Below, piece after piece: positions 24,680-38,574 of a stretch of DNA of 64,000 nucleotides. How positions within the stretch are numbered: the stretch's first letter is position 1; each line of letters begins with the position of its first letter. The stretch spans positions 82,336,001-82,400,000 of the forward strand of contig NC_087472.1 in assembly GCF_036321535.1 (NCBI RefSeq). The letters run 5' to 3'. A program made the position numbers and the translations under genes. A model generated the notes under the pieces. That model saw nothing but the letters and a program-made list of their open reading frames with translations. It was not told the DNA's origin and made no database searches. The DNA comes from Camelus dromedarius (lineage: Eukaryota).

Positions 24680-26989
24680 TAAGTAATTTGTATGGACTCC
24701 CCAGAAGTCAAGGGAGAAGTCAAAGAAGGAAATGACAGAGAAATCACATGACGTGGGCTGCTCTTTGAACTGATGACGACCATACTGGCACTCTTTCTTA
24801 CAAGGAGCATGTCTCTTTTAATGTGCTTTAGTGGAGCCAGACGGTGACTGGAAATGCAAAATACTGAACAATAAATTTATGTATTTATATGAGCTTACAG
24901 TTTAACATCACTACTGCTATCTTTCCCATTTTTGATGACCTTTATACAAGGAGGAATTTGATAGCTCAGAAACTGTCTAGAATTAAACTTGGGTTTTTTG
25001 TTTGTGTTTGATTTTTGCTTTTTGGCAGATGTGCTTGATTAGTTCTTCAATTTGCCCTTTAGTGATAGCAAATTGTTATGTGACCAGTTAATCTGAGGAA
25101 AAGCACAGAACAGTAGAAGGAACAGAAATAAAAGCACAATTTTTCTGCTGAATACATTTGCTTCAGGCCAGTGTGTGATCTCCCAGTCAGATGGCCACCA
25201 TTGTTCTAAGTGGAGGAGTTCTTACAAGAACTAGTGACTCAAAGTAAGGATTTAATATGAAAAATCACAGGAGCCATGCATGGGCCACTTGCTGACAGAT
25301 TTAGAGCAGCACAGCTTTCTGCTTTAGTGATACTCAATCACATCACAAATACCTACTCCAGTAGGTTGCCTTTTAATACATAGGATACGGCATCCCTCCT
25401 CAGCCAACTATAATGTTGAAGGGTTCAAACCTACACACCCATTAGGATTTATTAAAATTTTCTACCATTTGAGAGACAGATACCGTTAAATGATTATAAC
25501 TTTTTCCCTTCTATCATTCTTTTTACAATTGTGGCACAATGGACAGATATGACTGAAAACAACTTAGACACTACTCGTGCGACTTTGAGCTAAGAATGCC
25601 TTAACACTCTTCAAATTCTTTGCCCTGCCTTCTAGCTGAAGAGCCAGGGCCTCCCTCTCAGGAGGTGAAGCAGCCATAGCTATAACACAAGATAAAGAAT
25701 ATGCGCAATTTTAGGTAGCTGCTGTTTTGTATTCTTGGAGCTAGGAAGAAGCAGCAAATGAGATTTTATATATATTGACTTTACTTATTTAAACTCCTGA
25801 TATTATTCATGGTAGAACTGAGGCTAAATATCCTTTTTTCTTTTGTGTCATTCACTAAAGCACATTCTAGAGTTTTCTTCTTTTAAAAAAAATCCCATTT
25901 ATATTGTTTTCAGTTCTTCTCACAATTCAAACTGTTTATTTTTTATTGTGCTTCAGAATTAAAACCATTCTTTAATACCAAAAATAGCCAGTGCTATCTT
26001 GATTTTTCTTATGGCATTGTGGTAAACCACTTTATCTGACTAAATGAAACTCTCAGACTTTTGCATGTCAAGAATTTGAATTTTGTACTTTCCCATATTG
26101 ATATCTTTCAACAGCAGCATCAAATAGGGAAAAACTAAAATTTCAGAATGTTGATTTTGCAAAACAGTGAAACTCGCTGGAGAAAGATGACTTTCCTTTT
26201 TGAACCGCAAAAACATGCAGTACCTGGCATATAGACTTATCAGGGTTGATGTTAAACCAGTATCATTTTTACTTTATTCCCCATTCATCCCTATTGCTTT
26301 TCCTTAACTTCGAGCCTGTCTCTGCCGCTGTGCTAGGTGTTAGAATGGGGAGAATAGTAGTGTGTAGAGGTGATGTCATACAGTGAGATCACTTGAGATC
26401 TCTCAATCTTGAGATTTATAGAGAAGATAGATGTTTATATACATCAAGATAAAAGCCTGTTGATTTTAAAATCTACCCATATTTGCTGTTAAAATGGTGG
26501 TTTATGAAAAGAACTTTCCAGAATGGACTGGAAGAGTACTACTGGGACCAGTAAGTGACACTGCAGAGAGGCTTGACACAACTTATTAAAAACCCTTCCA
26601 AAAAATGACAAAGGTGGGCAGCCTCAGAAAGTATGATTAGGTACGTGCCGTATTGCAGAGTACCAGCCACCATGTAAACAAGGGCACGTAAATCCTTCCT
26701 TTGGTTTACAGTGTCCAACCAGATGACTTGTCCCTTCCCCTCTCTGATTCTGTGATGCACTGTTCAGAAATTCAGCTTGCATCGGTTATTCTAGTGAGAC
26801 CAACTGCCAGGAGACTCTGAGACACCAAGTAATCAAATTGATTGTGTTTTTCTCCAACTGGCTGAGCTTCAAGAGGAGTAGCAAAGCACGGCAGGGAAGG
26901 AAACCGCGTTCAGTCCTCACAGCCCCGTTAGTGCTCCCCTCTGTTCTTTCAGAGGTGGTGAGTTGTGGAGTGAGCTAACATACAGGGGC

Positions 26990-27480
26990 AGATTATCAAA
27001 TCAAACTCTCACAAATCAAAGTGAGAGTCTTACCTAGTAGCAGGCTTTATTAAACAATTATAAGGATAAAAGCAATCAAAAGCCTCAGCTGAAGCAGAGA
27101 GAGATCTGGGCCTTTTAAGGGCAGCTCCTCACTTCATTCCTCCCTGCATCTGGAGTGCCCGTCTGGCCCAGAATAGATGAGGTCTCTACATGAGGTTTGT
27201 GAGATGTCACACACACAGGGGAGCATTTCAATTGTGGAACATCTCCATTGTATACCTCAGAGAGTCATACAGTTTACATGACTTCTTCCAGGAAGCCATC
27301 CATGCCTCAGGGATCCTGGGTTCTATTTATCATAGGTAATCCTTAGCCAAGGATGTTCTGTTAAGGGAATTCCAGAGATAAGGTTTCTTCAGCCTAGCAA
27401 AGAGCGTTGGTCTTTTTACCCAGAGTTGCCAAAGAGAGTAGACTGAGTCACCGCCCTTCTTTTCTTCCACCCCCAAAATG
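26990..27480 (-). mobile_element. Possible old ERVL-type LTR
   Basis: caggctttattaaacaatt (antisense polyA signal) in LTR-like composition. Family not identified. Confidence 0.3.
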
Positions 27481-29585
27481 TTTCTGTCCAAAGGAAGTGA
27501 GTGGATTGCTGGCCAGCTCTTTTTCCCATGGAGTTACCATTTCTGATCCTTAGGGATGGGGACAAACATAGATATTGCTGAGTTTCTCTGAAAGCATAGG
27601 CCACCATGATGCTTCATGAAATGAAACTTTTGGGCTAACGTTTTGTCAGCAACTCTCTGGAACGTGTGGGTAGATTTAGGCTCTCTCTTCTCCTTGCACA
27701 CTGTTCTCATGCACAGCCTCCCAGGGTCCTGACTGGGAAGGTGGAGGAAGATCAGTTTGAATCTATAATATTTGGGAAGAAAAAAATTCTACCCTCCCTC
27801 CACACACCCCAGAGATTCTAACATGTACGTATATTTGGGTCAAGTAATTGAATACTCTGATATTCAGATTTTAAAAATGCTCATTCATTGATTTTTTTAA
27901 TAAGGCTTTGAGATAAGAGTTTTCCTCAGATTAAAGATATAAGTGGCTGTCTCAGGACTAAGTATCCAAAGTAGTTGGACACATGACCTAGCTTAAACAT
28001 ACCTACCATTCCAGTGTTCACATCTAGATGCACAAGTAGGCTGTTCTGAAATCTTTGACTGAATTTGATAATAGACAACTTTTGTAGCACGGTTTAGAGT
28101 TTACAAAGCACTTTCACATTTGTTGTCTCTGCTATTTCAGGGGATCACAGATCCTCCAAAGCCTAATTTGAACCAGGAATGGGCCATACCACCCAGTTAA
28201 GAATCCCTGACTTGAACAAAAACTTAATTACAGCTGCTCTGGCCCAGGCAAAGAGTATATGACCACGACCTCTCTGTGTATTTGCGAAGTAAGAAAAATT
28301 GAACATCACAGCTAAGGACTTCATGAGCCTAGCTCTTTCTGCTTAGAGCCCAGTAGTGAGGAGACAGTAATAAGTACAGAAACAAAGACCTGGGGGATTT
28401 TTACCCCTACCTTTCATTTTAGAAATGGAACCTTCAGATCAATTCTAATACATGAAATAATGCATATGCTAATTAGAGGGACATTAATGTGCGTTTGGTT
28501 AGATAGTAGCATACCAAAGAAGTAACTTGATGGAAACGTCTTTTAATTATACAGCAGGAGTGGGGAAAATTTTTTTGGTCTTGAGTCACAAGCGCACACA
28601 CAAGGTCATGAGGAAGTACCATTAAATTATTTAGTTTCAGTAAATGCCATACAGTCAATAATATTATGTATATTGCATTTCTGTGTCATGGCTGGTTGGG
28701 AAGGACAAGAGGGAAATGAGAAGGCAAGAGGAATAATGGGGGGAAAGGACAGATATGAAGGGAGTAAAATTCAAGGGAAGAAAGATGAAAAAGACCCTCA
28801 GAGAAAGAAAAAGTGTGGGATTATAGAAGAACTTTAGAATTGAGGGAAGGAGGTTGAAGTAAATTCTGAAGCAATACTGAATGAACTACTCTTGTCACAC
28901 CCTATGGCTAGTTGACCTTGTTACCATATTTTAAGGACTGTCCTTTAAAATGCTAACTCCTCCTTTGTTTTTCATCTGGACCCAGTGAGGAGCCTCGGTG
29001 GACCCTGCTGGCCTCTGAGGAGTTCCTAGGACTTCCTAGGACTTAGGCCCAGAAGAACTCTGCTTTATTCAAGGATACCCCAACTAAACTTTGATTATGT
29101 TGCAAAAAAAAAAAAAAAAAAGTCAACATAAGGGGGTTCTTTTCTCTTGTTTGTCCTTAGAGCTAAATGGAAATAAGACAGAGAGCTAACCTCTCTCTGC
29201 TGGCAGATAAAAGGCTCCTACCCCTTTAGTCAGAATCCTTGGTGTAGCTGTGAGCACTGGTCACCTGATAGCAATCCAGTGTAACTAAGTGGAATTAACT
29301 CAGTGTCAGAGAACTGTTGTTTTTCATGTTTTCAGTTTGAATTTGTGGTTTGCAGAGGTATTTTACTTATGAACTGTGTGAAATTCTTTTGACTTAGATA
29401 TCTTAGAAAATGTAGAACACATTATTTCTTCATAAGCTCATAAACTTACGAGTCTGCCAACTTTTTCATCACTGAGCTACACATTCCACTAGTCCTGTCT
29501 ACTCAAACAAAAAGTGTTCGAGGGCAGCAAATACGAAGGTGGGAGTTACAAGCAATGGACATTGTATATTAAGGTTTAAAAATAA

Positions 29586-29717
<132 letters not shown>

Positions 29718-31049
29718 TAACTTTAATGTTTGTGGATAGAAACTGACTTATAGCAATGATAATAATCAGAAATTTTTCTTTAATGTTCTTATGAACAGCA
29801 TCTTCAAGTTAATTTTACTTACAAATAAAAATTTGCTTAACTGGTTTATATTTGAAGAGTTGTACTAATTCTTAATAGGAACACTTTTTATCATTTCAAT
29901 TTCCTTATTTTCATTAAAATGTATAAGTATTGTAAAATTCTGTTATTCCTCTTTTGCCATTTTGTGTTTAAGAGAAAAATGGAAAACCCAATAAATAGGA
30001 AGAACCAAACAATATCTTATACTAAGTTAATTGGAGGGAAAATCAGAATTTGGTTTATATAGTAAAAGTTCACCACACACTTATGTTTTCATAATGTTGC
30101 AGTGTAGAATAGTCAGCATTGTATTTTCTTTGCAGACTGTTTTTAAACATGGTCTGAAATCGTAATTATAAATGTAATATAGTTTGTACCCTTAAGAAGA
30201 TGCATATTACCATTATTCAGTCTTTGTGCTTGTTTGAGCCCAGTATCGAGTTCATGAGAACGTCAGTGCCTGGCTCATAAGGGTGCCGGGCCGAACATGG
30301 GGGCATGCAAGGAAGGAAGCCAGTGGGCCTTCCTCGCCCCTTTCTGGGCCTTGAGTCACTGAGCGCCCCTGCACTGTGTCTGGCCCTGTTCCCACTTTCC
30401 CGCTCTGCTGGCCTCTGTTGATCACTGGCCTCTCTCTAACCCGCAGCACCACAGACACGGTGCTCTCCTTTCCTCGAGATGTATTATCAAAGGCCTGACT
30501 TCTTCGATGTGTTTTAATGGTTAAGAAAATCAACTAGAGTTTAGTTAAATTTTCTATAACGTTCGGGAAATTTTAACTGAAATTCTTGTGATTAAAAGCT
30601 GAGGAAAGCATGAGCAATTCCAAACCAATCTAGTGGAATGCTCCAGTAGCAATGAAAAATCATTGGAGAAATGTACAAAATACACATTAGTGTAAATTAG
30701 TTGTAAAATAGTTTATTCTTTTCAAATGTGGTGATAGGAAAATGATATTGTTATTATTGCCACTCAACACTAAACAACCCCATGGATACAAAGCACTTTT
30801 AAAAGGAAGTGTTCTTCAATCATGCAAAGAGAATAAGAAGTATAGAAAGATAAAAGGAAAATTGTCAGTGATAGCAGTGTGCTGTTATTCTTTTGCATTT
30901 AATTAATATGAGAAAATGAATATATACAGAGTAAAATGTATCTCCTTATATATAATGACAAAATGACAATTTGAAAGCTGAAAATGTATAAAACAGATCC
31001 TTAATTCATAAAGTAGCATAGTGTTAAAAATACTTTTGTAAAAAAGGCA

Positions 31050-32040
31050 GTTTTTTAAAATTGAGATATAATTGACATATAACAGTTTCAGGTGTACATC
31101 ATAATGATTTGATATTGTATACACTGAAATGATCACCACAATACGTCTAGTTACCCTCTGTCTCCATACAGAGTTACAAAATATGCAGTATCATATTAAT
31201 GACTACAGTCACTATGTTGTACATTATATCCCTATGACATTTATTTTATGACTGGAAGTCTGTATCTCTTACCTTCTTTGCCCATTTTGTCCCCCTCAAC
31301 CCCCTTCCTCTCTGGCAACTACCATTCTGGTCTCTGTGTCTATGAGTTTTGTCTTGTTTGTTCATTTGTCCTGTTTTTTAGATTCAGTGTATAAGTGAAA
31401 TCATAAGGTATTTGTCTTTCTATATTTGATTTATTCACTTAGCATAATACTCTCAAGATCCATCCATGTTGTCACANNNNNNNNNNNNNNNNNNNNNNNN
31501 NNNNNNNNNNNNNNNNNNNNNNNNNNNNNNNNNNNNNNNNNNNNNNNNNNNNNNNNNNNNNNNNNNNNNNNNNNNNNNNNNNNNNNNNNNNNNNNNNNNN
31601 NNNNNNNNNNNNNNNNNNNNNNNNNNNNNNNNNNNNNNNNNNNNNNNNNNNNNNNAATTAGTGTGCTTTCNNNNNNNNNNNNNNNNNNNNNNNNNNNNNN
31701 NNNNNNNNNNNNNNNNNNNNNNNNNNNNNNNNNNNNNNNNNNNNNNNNNNNNNNNNNNNNNNNNNNNNNNNNNNNNNNNNNNNNNNNNNNNNNNNNNNNN
31801 NNNNNNNNNNNNNNNNNNNNNNNNNNNNNNNNNNNNNNNNNNNNNNNNNTGGTAGCCATTCTGACAGATATGAAGTGATATCTCATTGTGGTTTTGATTT
31901 GCATTTCCCTGATGATGAGTGATATTGAACATCTTTTAATATGTCTATTGTCCATCGGTATGTTTTCTTTGGAAAAATATCTATTCAGATCCTCTGCTCA
32001 TTTTTTAATCAAATTTTTTGGCTTTTGTTACTGAGTTGTA
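31050..32040 (-). mobile_element. L1 3' end (L1MA-like) containing N-runs
   Basis: tttaaaattgagatataattgacatataac... Minus-strand translation [27 protein letters not shown] is the L1 ORF2p C-terminus. Confidence 0.88.
31477..31849. other. Assembly gaps: 179 N, a 15 nt island, then 179 N
   Basis: N at 31477-31655 and 31671-31849, around aattagtgtgctttc. Confidence 0.98.
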
Positions 32041-32349
32041 AGAAGCAATTTTATTTTGAATTCTGTTCTTGAAAGGTAATTATATCAACATCTTATAATA
32101 AATAATGATTGACAACATACTCTACTGTAATACTTTCAGTAATATAGTCAGCTTTTGATTAGCCATGGTATTTGATATAATGACAATCTAAAACCAAATA
32201 AAATCCCAGAGTAGTTTATATTTGAGTACTGTGCTTCACCTTCTCATTTACATTCTGATTGATTTATTCAACAAATATTCCAAGTGCCTACTTCATGCAG
32301 TATACTGTGCTTGGAGCCCTAAAGGCATGATGTTCTTAGTAGAGAGATG

Positions 32350-32910
32350 AGGCAATATATCTATTATCAACTGCTACAGAACAACACACAGTGACTTTGA
32401 ACAACAGTCGCCATTTATATGCTCTCAATTCTGCAGTTTGGGCACAGCTTGATGGGGACTGCTCGATTCTGTTTCACAGGCTGTTGGCTGAGGTGGCTTC
32501 ACTTACTTCTCTGGCATCTCAGCAGAAGTGGATAGAACACCTGGAAGCTGGCTGGGCCCTCTTTGTAGTTTCTCATTTCTCATTCAGAACATCTCTGTGT
32601 CTCTGTCTCTCTCTCCCTCCCTCCCTCCATCCCCTTCCCTCTCCCCCTCCCTCTCCCCCTCCTCCACATGGCCACCCTTTCTAGCAGGACAGTGTCCTGT
32701 GGCTTGAAACAAGCAAAAGTGAAAATTACCAGGCCTCTTGAAGCCTAGGCCTGGATTGGCACTGTCATGTCCTATGCATTCTGTTAGTCAAAATGTCACA
32801 AGAGAAGCCTGGATTCAAGAAGAGGAAAAATAGATTGCACCTTTAGTTGGAGGAGCAACATATATGCACAAGGATAGGAAAACTTTTTTGTGGCCATCTT
32901 CTCAGACAGG
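32350..32910 (-). mobile_element. MaLR (MLT1-like) LTR
   Basis: aacaacagtcgccatttatatgctctcaattctgcagtttgggcacagc...cctctttgtagtttctcatt...gtggccatctt. Confidence 0.75.
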
Positions 32911-33409
32911 CAAAACAGATAATTATTATCCAAGGTAGGGAGCGAGAAATATCATTTAAAGACAGAATCAGAGAAACTTCATGGAGAAAGTTAGATTTGA
33001 GTCTAGCCTTGAGTCACTAGGTAGTTACATGGAGACGAGAGGACAGTTCAAGCAACAGGAACAGTGTGTGCAAAGCCTCAAAATGAGTTTTGCATTGAAT
33101 TTTAATAAATTACCTTATTATCTCTAAGGCACATGTCAAAGAATTTTGAAGAAGCATGCAGAAACATGCTGAGGAAGGGAAGAAAGGAATGATTCTCAAA
33201 CTGCAAATTAGTAAGAGGAAACCACCAGAAAAGGCACCATTCAGCATTGAGTTAAGAAGCAAACTGTCAACACAAGAGCACACATACTTGTCGATATCAT
33301 TTATATCTCAGTACCTGAAGTCTGTAATACATTTTGCATGCATAAATGTAATACTCAAATTTAGTTCATTGGTAATTTTGAATTTGGGTATATTTTTCTT
33401 AAGACACTC

Positions 33410-34180
33410 GTCCAAAAACATGTATTGAGTACCTACTGTGTGTCGGCCACTATTCTAGGAACCAGAGCTACATCAGTGAACAAAACAGACACAATCACTG
33501 TCCCTCTAGAGCTGACTTTCTTTTCAGGGAGAGAGATACTACTCACTGAGCATAAATAATTCTACTGTGTAGTAGGTTAGAAGGTGAAAAAAAGGACTAC
33601 AGGGGAAAAAAAGAGAGAGCAGCCAAAGTGGCAGGGACTTCTGGAGAAGGGGTTGCAATTATAGATAGGGTGATTGAAGCAGGCCACGTTGAGAAGCTGA
33701 CATCTGGCAAGGACTTGATGGAAGAGAGAAAGGGCTAACTGATGTCTGAAGGAGAAGGGTTCTGGGTTACAGAACAGCCAGTGCAGAGGCACTGAGGCAG
33801 AAGCATAAGTGGCACGTTTGAAGAATAGCCAGCAGACCAGTGTGGCTGAGGTGAAAGGGGAGAATGGCTAGTAGAGGAGATTAGAGAGAAAAGGAGGGAA
33901 GGGACTTTGACTTTTACTCTGAGAGAAATGAGGATTCACCAGGGAGTTTTGAATGAAGACAGATGACGTCTGACTTTCCAGGGTAACAGGACTACATTGC
34001 TTTGTTGGTAATGTATTGAATAATGGCTCCACGGTGGAAGCAGGGAAACAGGAGATGGTCCTGCCTGGCAGAGCCAGAGCGGTAGCAAGGAGGTCGTAAA
34101 TAAGCAGATTCCAGATATATTTGAAGGTTTTGTCAACAAGATTTGCTAATATAACTCCAGTAACTTAGGTAACCCGAAGC
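33410..34180 (-). mobile_element. L2
   Basis: aaacatgtattgagtacctactgtgtgtc...gacttctg...gagaaatgaggattcaccagggagttttgaat. Confidence 0.85.
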
Positions 34181-34826
34181 AGTTTCATTCAGAACTTTGT
34201 TATAGTTTTCCAATGTAGTGGTCATTATAAAGCTTTAATAACAATACATATCACAAGGCTAATAATTTAAAATTTCACTTGATGTGTTGTTTCTATTTTT
34301 GCTAATAAAGCAGCCTATTAGCTATTCTCATTCAGAGATTGTTTATTCAGTGACTTGTCTGTATGTAGATTTCATTTGTATGTAGATTTTAGTTTCTATA
34401 GATAAAGTTTTCTTCCCTTATACTTAGTAAAGAAAATAGAAGACCATTGCAATGTATCATTCCTTTTAGAAAAATTCAGATTATTTAATCATCTATTTTA
34501 TCTAGCCAGGAATATTGTCATATTCTCTCCCTCCCTTGTTCTCTCTGTCTCGCACATAGTTCTTGGCATTGATCCAAAGGCACTGGGTTTCCCAAAATGT
34601 TAGCATTATATTAATAGTACTTTTCTCTTTACTTGGTAGGCATTTCTTTTTGAAATCATTATAACCTAAGTCAAAAATGTTTGGTTATTTCAGGTTAGAT
34701 TTGAATATATGGTGCCATGTGACCTATAGTGGAAACTGTGGGCTTTGGAGAAGCAGTTTCACATGAAATTGTGTAAAAAGTAATTGTATAATCCTTTGAA
34801 ATTAGGGAAGGTGTGTCGTCATAGTA

Positions 34827-35013
34827 CAGCATCTCTCAATAGCCACAGACATNNNNNNNNNNNNNNNNNNNNNNNNNNNNNNNNNNNNNNNNNNNNNNNN
34901 NNNNNNNNNNNNNNNNNNNNNNNNNNNNNNNNNNNNNNNNNNNNNNNNNNNNNNNNNNNNNNNNNNNNNNNNNNNNNNNNNNNNNNNNNNNNNNNNNNGG
35001 TTGAGACCCATTG
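34827..35013. mobile_element. Probable hAT MITE (MER5-type) whose interior is a 146 N gap (34853-34998)
   Basis: Ends cagcatctctcaa and ttgagacccattg resemble hAT terminal inverted repeats. 187 bp span. Degenerate 8 bp TSD tcatagta / tcataatg. Confidence 0.45.
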
Positions 35014-36437
35014 TCATAATGTTCTATTTCTCATGCTTTGCCTCCTTACAGGCGTTAATTTAAGCATGCATGCAAATTTCTGGGTTTTTTTTCCTGTCAT
35101 CTTCCCTTTTATTCCTCTTCTTCCTGTGAGAGGATATGGAAACTTTCATTATGTTTCAGTGTTTTTTTCTCTTTTCTGCCTCTCACCCCTAAATTAAAAG
35201 TACTTTAGAAAGAAGTAGTAGTTTTCAAGGTAAATGCAACTCCTGGCTCCTTGCCTGCCTTCACTGGCTCTGTTCAACACTGAGAGTTGGAATTTTCTCC
35301 TCTCCTGATTCCCGGAGACGGCCTCACAATGCATCACCTCGGCGCGGAGAGACAAGTAATCCTTAGACCTTTCTCTGACCTACTGATGTGTGATTTACTA
35401 ACTGGGGTTGAAGTTACTCAGCTTCTCTGAATGCAAACTGCTTGCTGTACACATGATCACTTTCTAGTCTGAACAGGGCCTGTGCCCAGGAGGTTTGGGG
35501 GCACCACTTTTAGTCCTCAGAACTTCAAAACCCAGTCGCACAGATGCTCAGCCAGAAGCCTCCGCCCAAGCGTTCCTGTATGTGGTTCCTTTAAATGGTT
35601 TTCCTCGCTAACCCGTCGGCACGCCTGGCCGCTCTCCGTCCCCTTCTAGTCTCAGTTCTCCTTTCACCTGCGTAGGCCAGACTTCATTATAAATGGGCGT
35701 TCACGTCACACTAGTTGCCGTGGCATTGTGGATTTCTTACAGTATTTCTTCCTCTATTGCTCTCAGCTGCTGACACTTCTTTTCCATCTCTTACCACAGC
35801 TCCCAAAAGTCCCTCATGTTGTATAAAAAAAAAATTGAGATTCTCCTTAAAATGAAAACTTACTTTGTTCTCTACATTCCTTACTGTAAGAAGCACACTG
35901 GCTCCCCTCCTGCTATGCTTTTGTCAGGTTGTTGAGCATAACATGCATGTTCAGCTTGAACATGGGGTTTTAATACTTAGAAATCCAAGATAAGTTTAAG
36001 ACGATCTTGCTTGTCTTCTCCCACCCATCCACCTACAAAAAAAAAATCAATTCCTTGATTTAACAAGAAAAGAATGTTTCTTTTGCTTATTAGACGTGAA
36101 TCCTTTCACTGCTCCTTTCCTTCTGAGCCAGGGGGAGCAGGCATGTGTGATACAGCCACAGCACTTTTGCTGTCAGGTATAAAACCTTCCTAGCTGTAGT
36201 AACTCTTCCCATTGGTATCAGTCCACTTTGAATTTGGGGGTAGTCAGAGGCAGGCTCATGGCATTAGGCTGCAGGATAGAAATGCTTAGCAAATCACCAG
36301 TGTCCTCTGTGCTCCCTTTGTGGTTTGCTAAGCAAGAATTCCTTTCAGCTTGTCTTCACACATTTGTTCACAGCTCCCAGCCTGCAAAGGCTGGGTAGGC
36401 TGCAGCCACCCTTACCAAAGCACAACAGGCTTGACAT

Positions 36438-36962
36438 TGCAGGGGAACAAAACTTGCCACGCCCAAAATGTGTCTGTTTGGGGGCTGGTTGTTAAGAAAC
36501 AAAAGACTCAGGAAGTCCTTCTTTGTACCTCCCCCTCAGCCACCTAAAAGAATTTAAAGGGTCTGGTCCAGGAAGAGTACTATCAGCAGAGATATCTGTA
36601 GAGAATATGGGCTAAGTGTGGTCGAGCAGTCTGCAGTCTGGGGAGACCAAAGTCCTCTCAGCGCCCCATTGTCTCTGCCTGGTCCAGCAAACATGTGTTT
36701 ACCAGACGTTTGTTTTTCCATCTCCATGTGAATTGCCTTCCTCCCTTTTGAATCCCAAAGCTATCCCCGCCTCTCCTTCTCTCCAATGGCTTCTAAACTT
36801 CAATTGCCCAACTTGTCCTTGGGCTTCATATTCTAATGGAACCCCCATAGGTACATAATTAAATTTGGGTTTTCTCCTGTTAATCTGTCTTGCATCAATT
36901 TAACTCTTAGACCAGCTGGAAGAACCTACAGGGGTAGAGGAAAAATTTTTCCTTCTCCTACA
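36438..36962 (+). mobile_element. ERV1-class solo LTR
   Basis: TG...CA ends. tgcaggggaacaaaacttgccacgcccaaaatgtgtctg start and ...tttctcctgttaatctgtct...aaaaatttttccttctcctaca end resemble MER34/39-type LTRs. Confidence 0.7.
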
Positions 36963-38574
36963 TCTTCCTCTTCTACCCGGGGAATAGAAACTCACTTCCA
37001 AGTTGAATAGTCTGTCCTTAATTTTCCTCGTCTAGTCTTAATAGTTTGTGTTCCTGATTAAAAGTTTGAAAGTTGCCTTAATGGGAGTGTGTATATGAAA
37101 GGTTGGGGGAAATAAACATTTGTCATGCCTCTTTTCTATAATTAAGATACAATCTTTGTTGACCTTTAAGTCAAAATTTGGGGTTTCTGAAATTATGTTT
37201 GACTATCACTTACAGACACATTAAAAACATGATTTTTCTGAAATCTGCACTTTAAATTTAGGGTAAATTTAGAAAGTGACACTTCGTATAAAATATTTGT
37301 CATTACATTAAATAGCCAGTTCTTCAACTACACAGAAAATTCAATGTGATTTGCAATCACCTCTTCAGGAAAGCATCTATGGTGTAAAAATAATCATGGT
37401 GATTAGATAAGCTCAGTACAGAGAATTAAAGTGCAAGTTTTCTGTAAGAATGAGTAACTTAAAAGGAAATTGCATACCTCTTTTTCTGCCTTTTTTAAAT
37501 GTAGGAAGCTCTACTTTGGTGTAATATCTTTTATTTAAAGTAGGGGTGATGTAGAGTGATTTTTTTTAAATGATGATTTTTAGAAGTTATGTATATTTTC
37601 AAAACTCCTAAGTGCAGTGAGGTTCAATGGAGTATTGCTTATGTCAAATGAAAACTATCAGTCATCTCAATTCCTCTTAGTCTAATGAGTTTTGGTTTTA
37701 AAACTTATGTAAGAATAAAACCATTGTTGTAACTGGAGAAAGCTGGATGTCTTGGGAACTCTCCTGGTCAACTTTGAGTTATTCTGTGATTCTCATGCCT
37801 TTGAATTTTGTAGATTGGACACCCCTGTTTACAGCCAGCCTCTAGGGAATCACCTGGAGTTCCTAAGTCTGCCTTTGTCTCTGTAAATCAAAACTAATCC
37901 GCCAGAAATAAGATTGCTCCTATAAAAGAATAGATGTACACTATAAATATTTGAAGTCAGCACGTGTTTTTTCAGACATTTCTCTGAACATTTTCTTCTC
38001 TCAGTTAAGCATTGAAGTAAAAAAAGGAGAAAAATATTTATTGTTTGTTTTCTATTCTTTTTTAATGAAAATTACACAGATATGTTGGAAAAATCTCTCG
38101 TGATTTTGAACACATGGCTCTTGGGGATTCTGTACAGTGAATTGTTTCTACATTTTTAATTCTGGAACAAAACATGCTATGAGATGAAAGGCTTGGAAGT
38201 AGTATGTGAACTTTCTTTAAACTTCTTTTTGAGCACTGAAGTAATTTCCATGTAGGGAATAATGAGTCTTTAAGCAACCTCTAACAAAGTAGCAGGTTAC
38301 AGTTAATGTTTATTCAACTGTTTATATTTAGTTCTTATCTGAGCAGAGAGAATGCAAGTACCATAGGAGTAGAAATAGAAAATAGACTATAGCTCCAAAG
38401 GTGCTTATGACCTCTTTGGAAAGATAAAACACACAGTCTTTTTTTTATTTTTAATTATAATATATATAATACAGAATATAGCCACCATCATTTGTCTCAC
38501 TGACAAGTTTACATGGAATAAAGAAATGACCATTAAGAGATGCTTAATCCTTAAACATTTACTTAGATAATGAA

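Noticed and set aside
24771-24867. Box C/D snoRNA (TGATGA...CTGA) after CASK exon 4
   Set aside because: Box C lacks the 5' purine, there is no convincing terminal stem, and it is far from the intron 3' end.
31477-31849. Symmetric 179 N + 15 nt + 179 N structure and the X-filled ORFs across it
   Set aside because: Scaffolding or gap-filling artefact inside an L1 3' end. The ORFs are open only because N codons cannot be stops. The same applies to 34853-34998.
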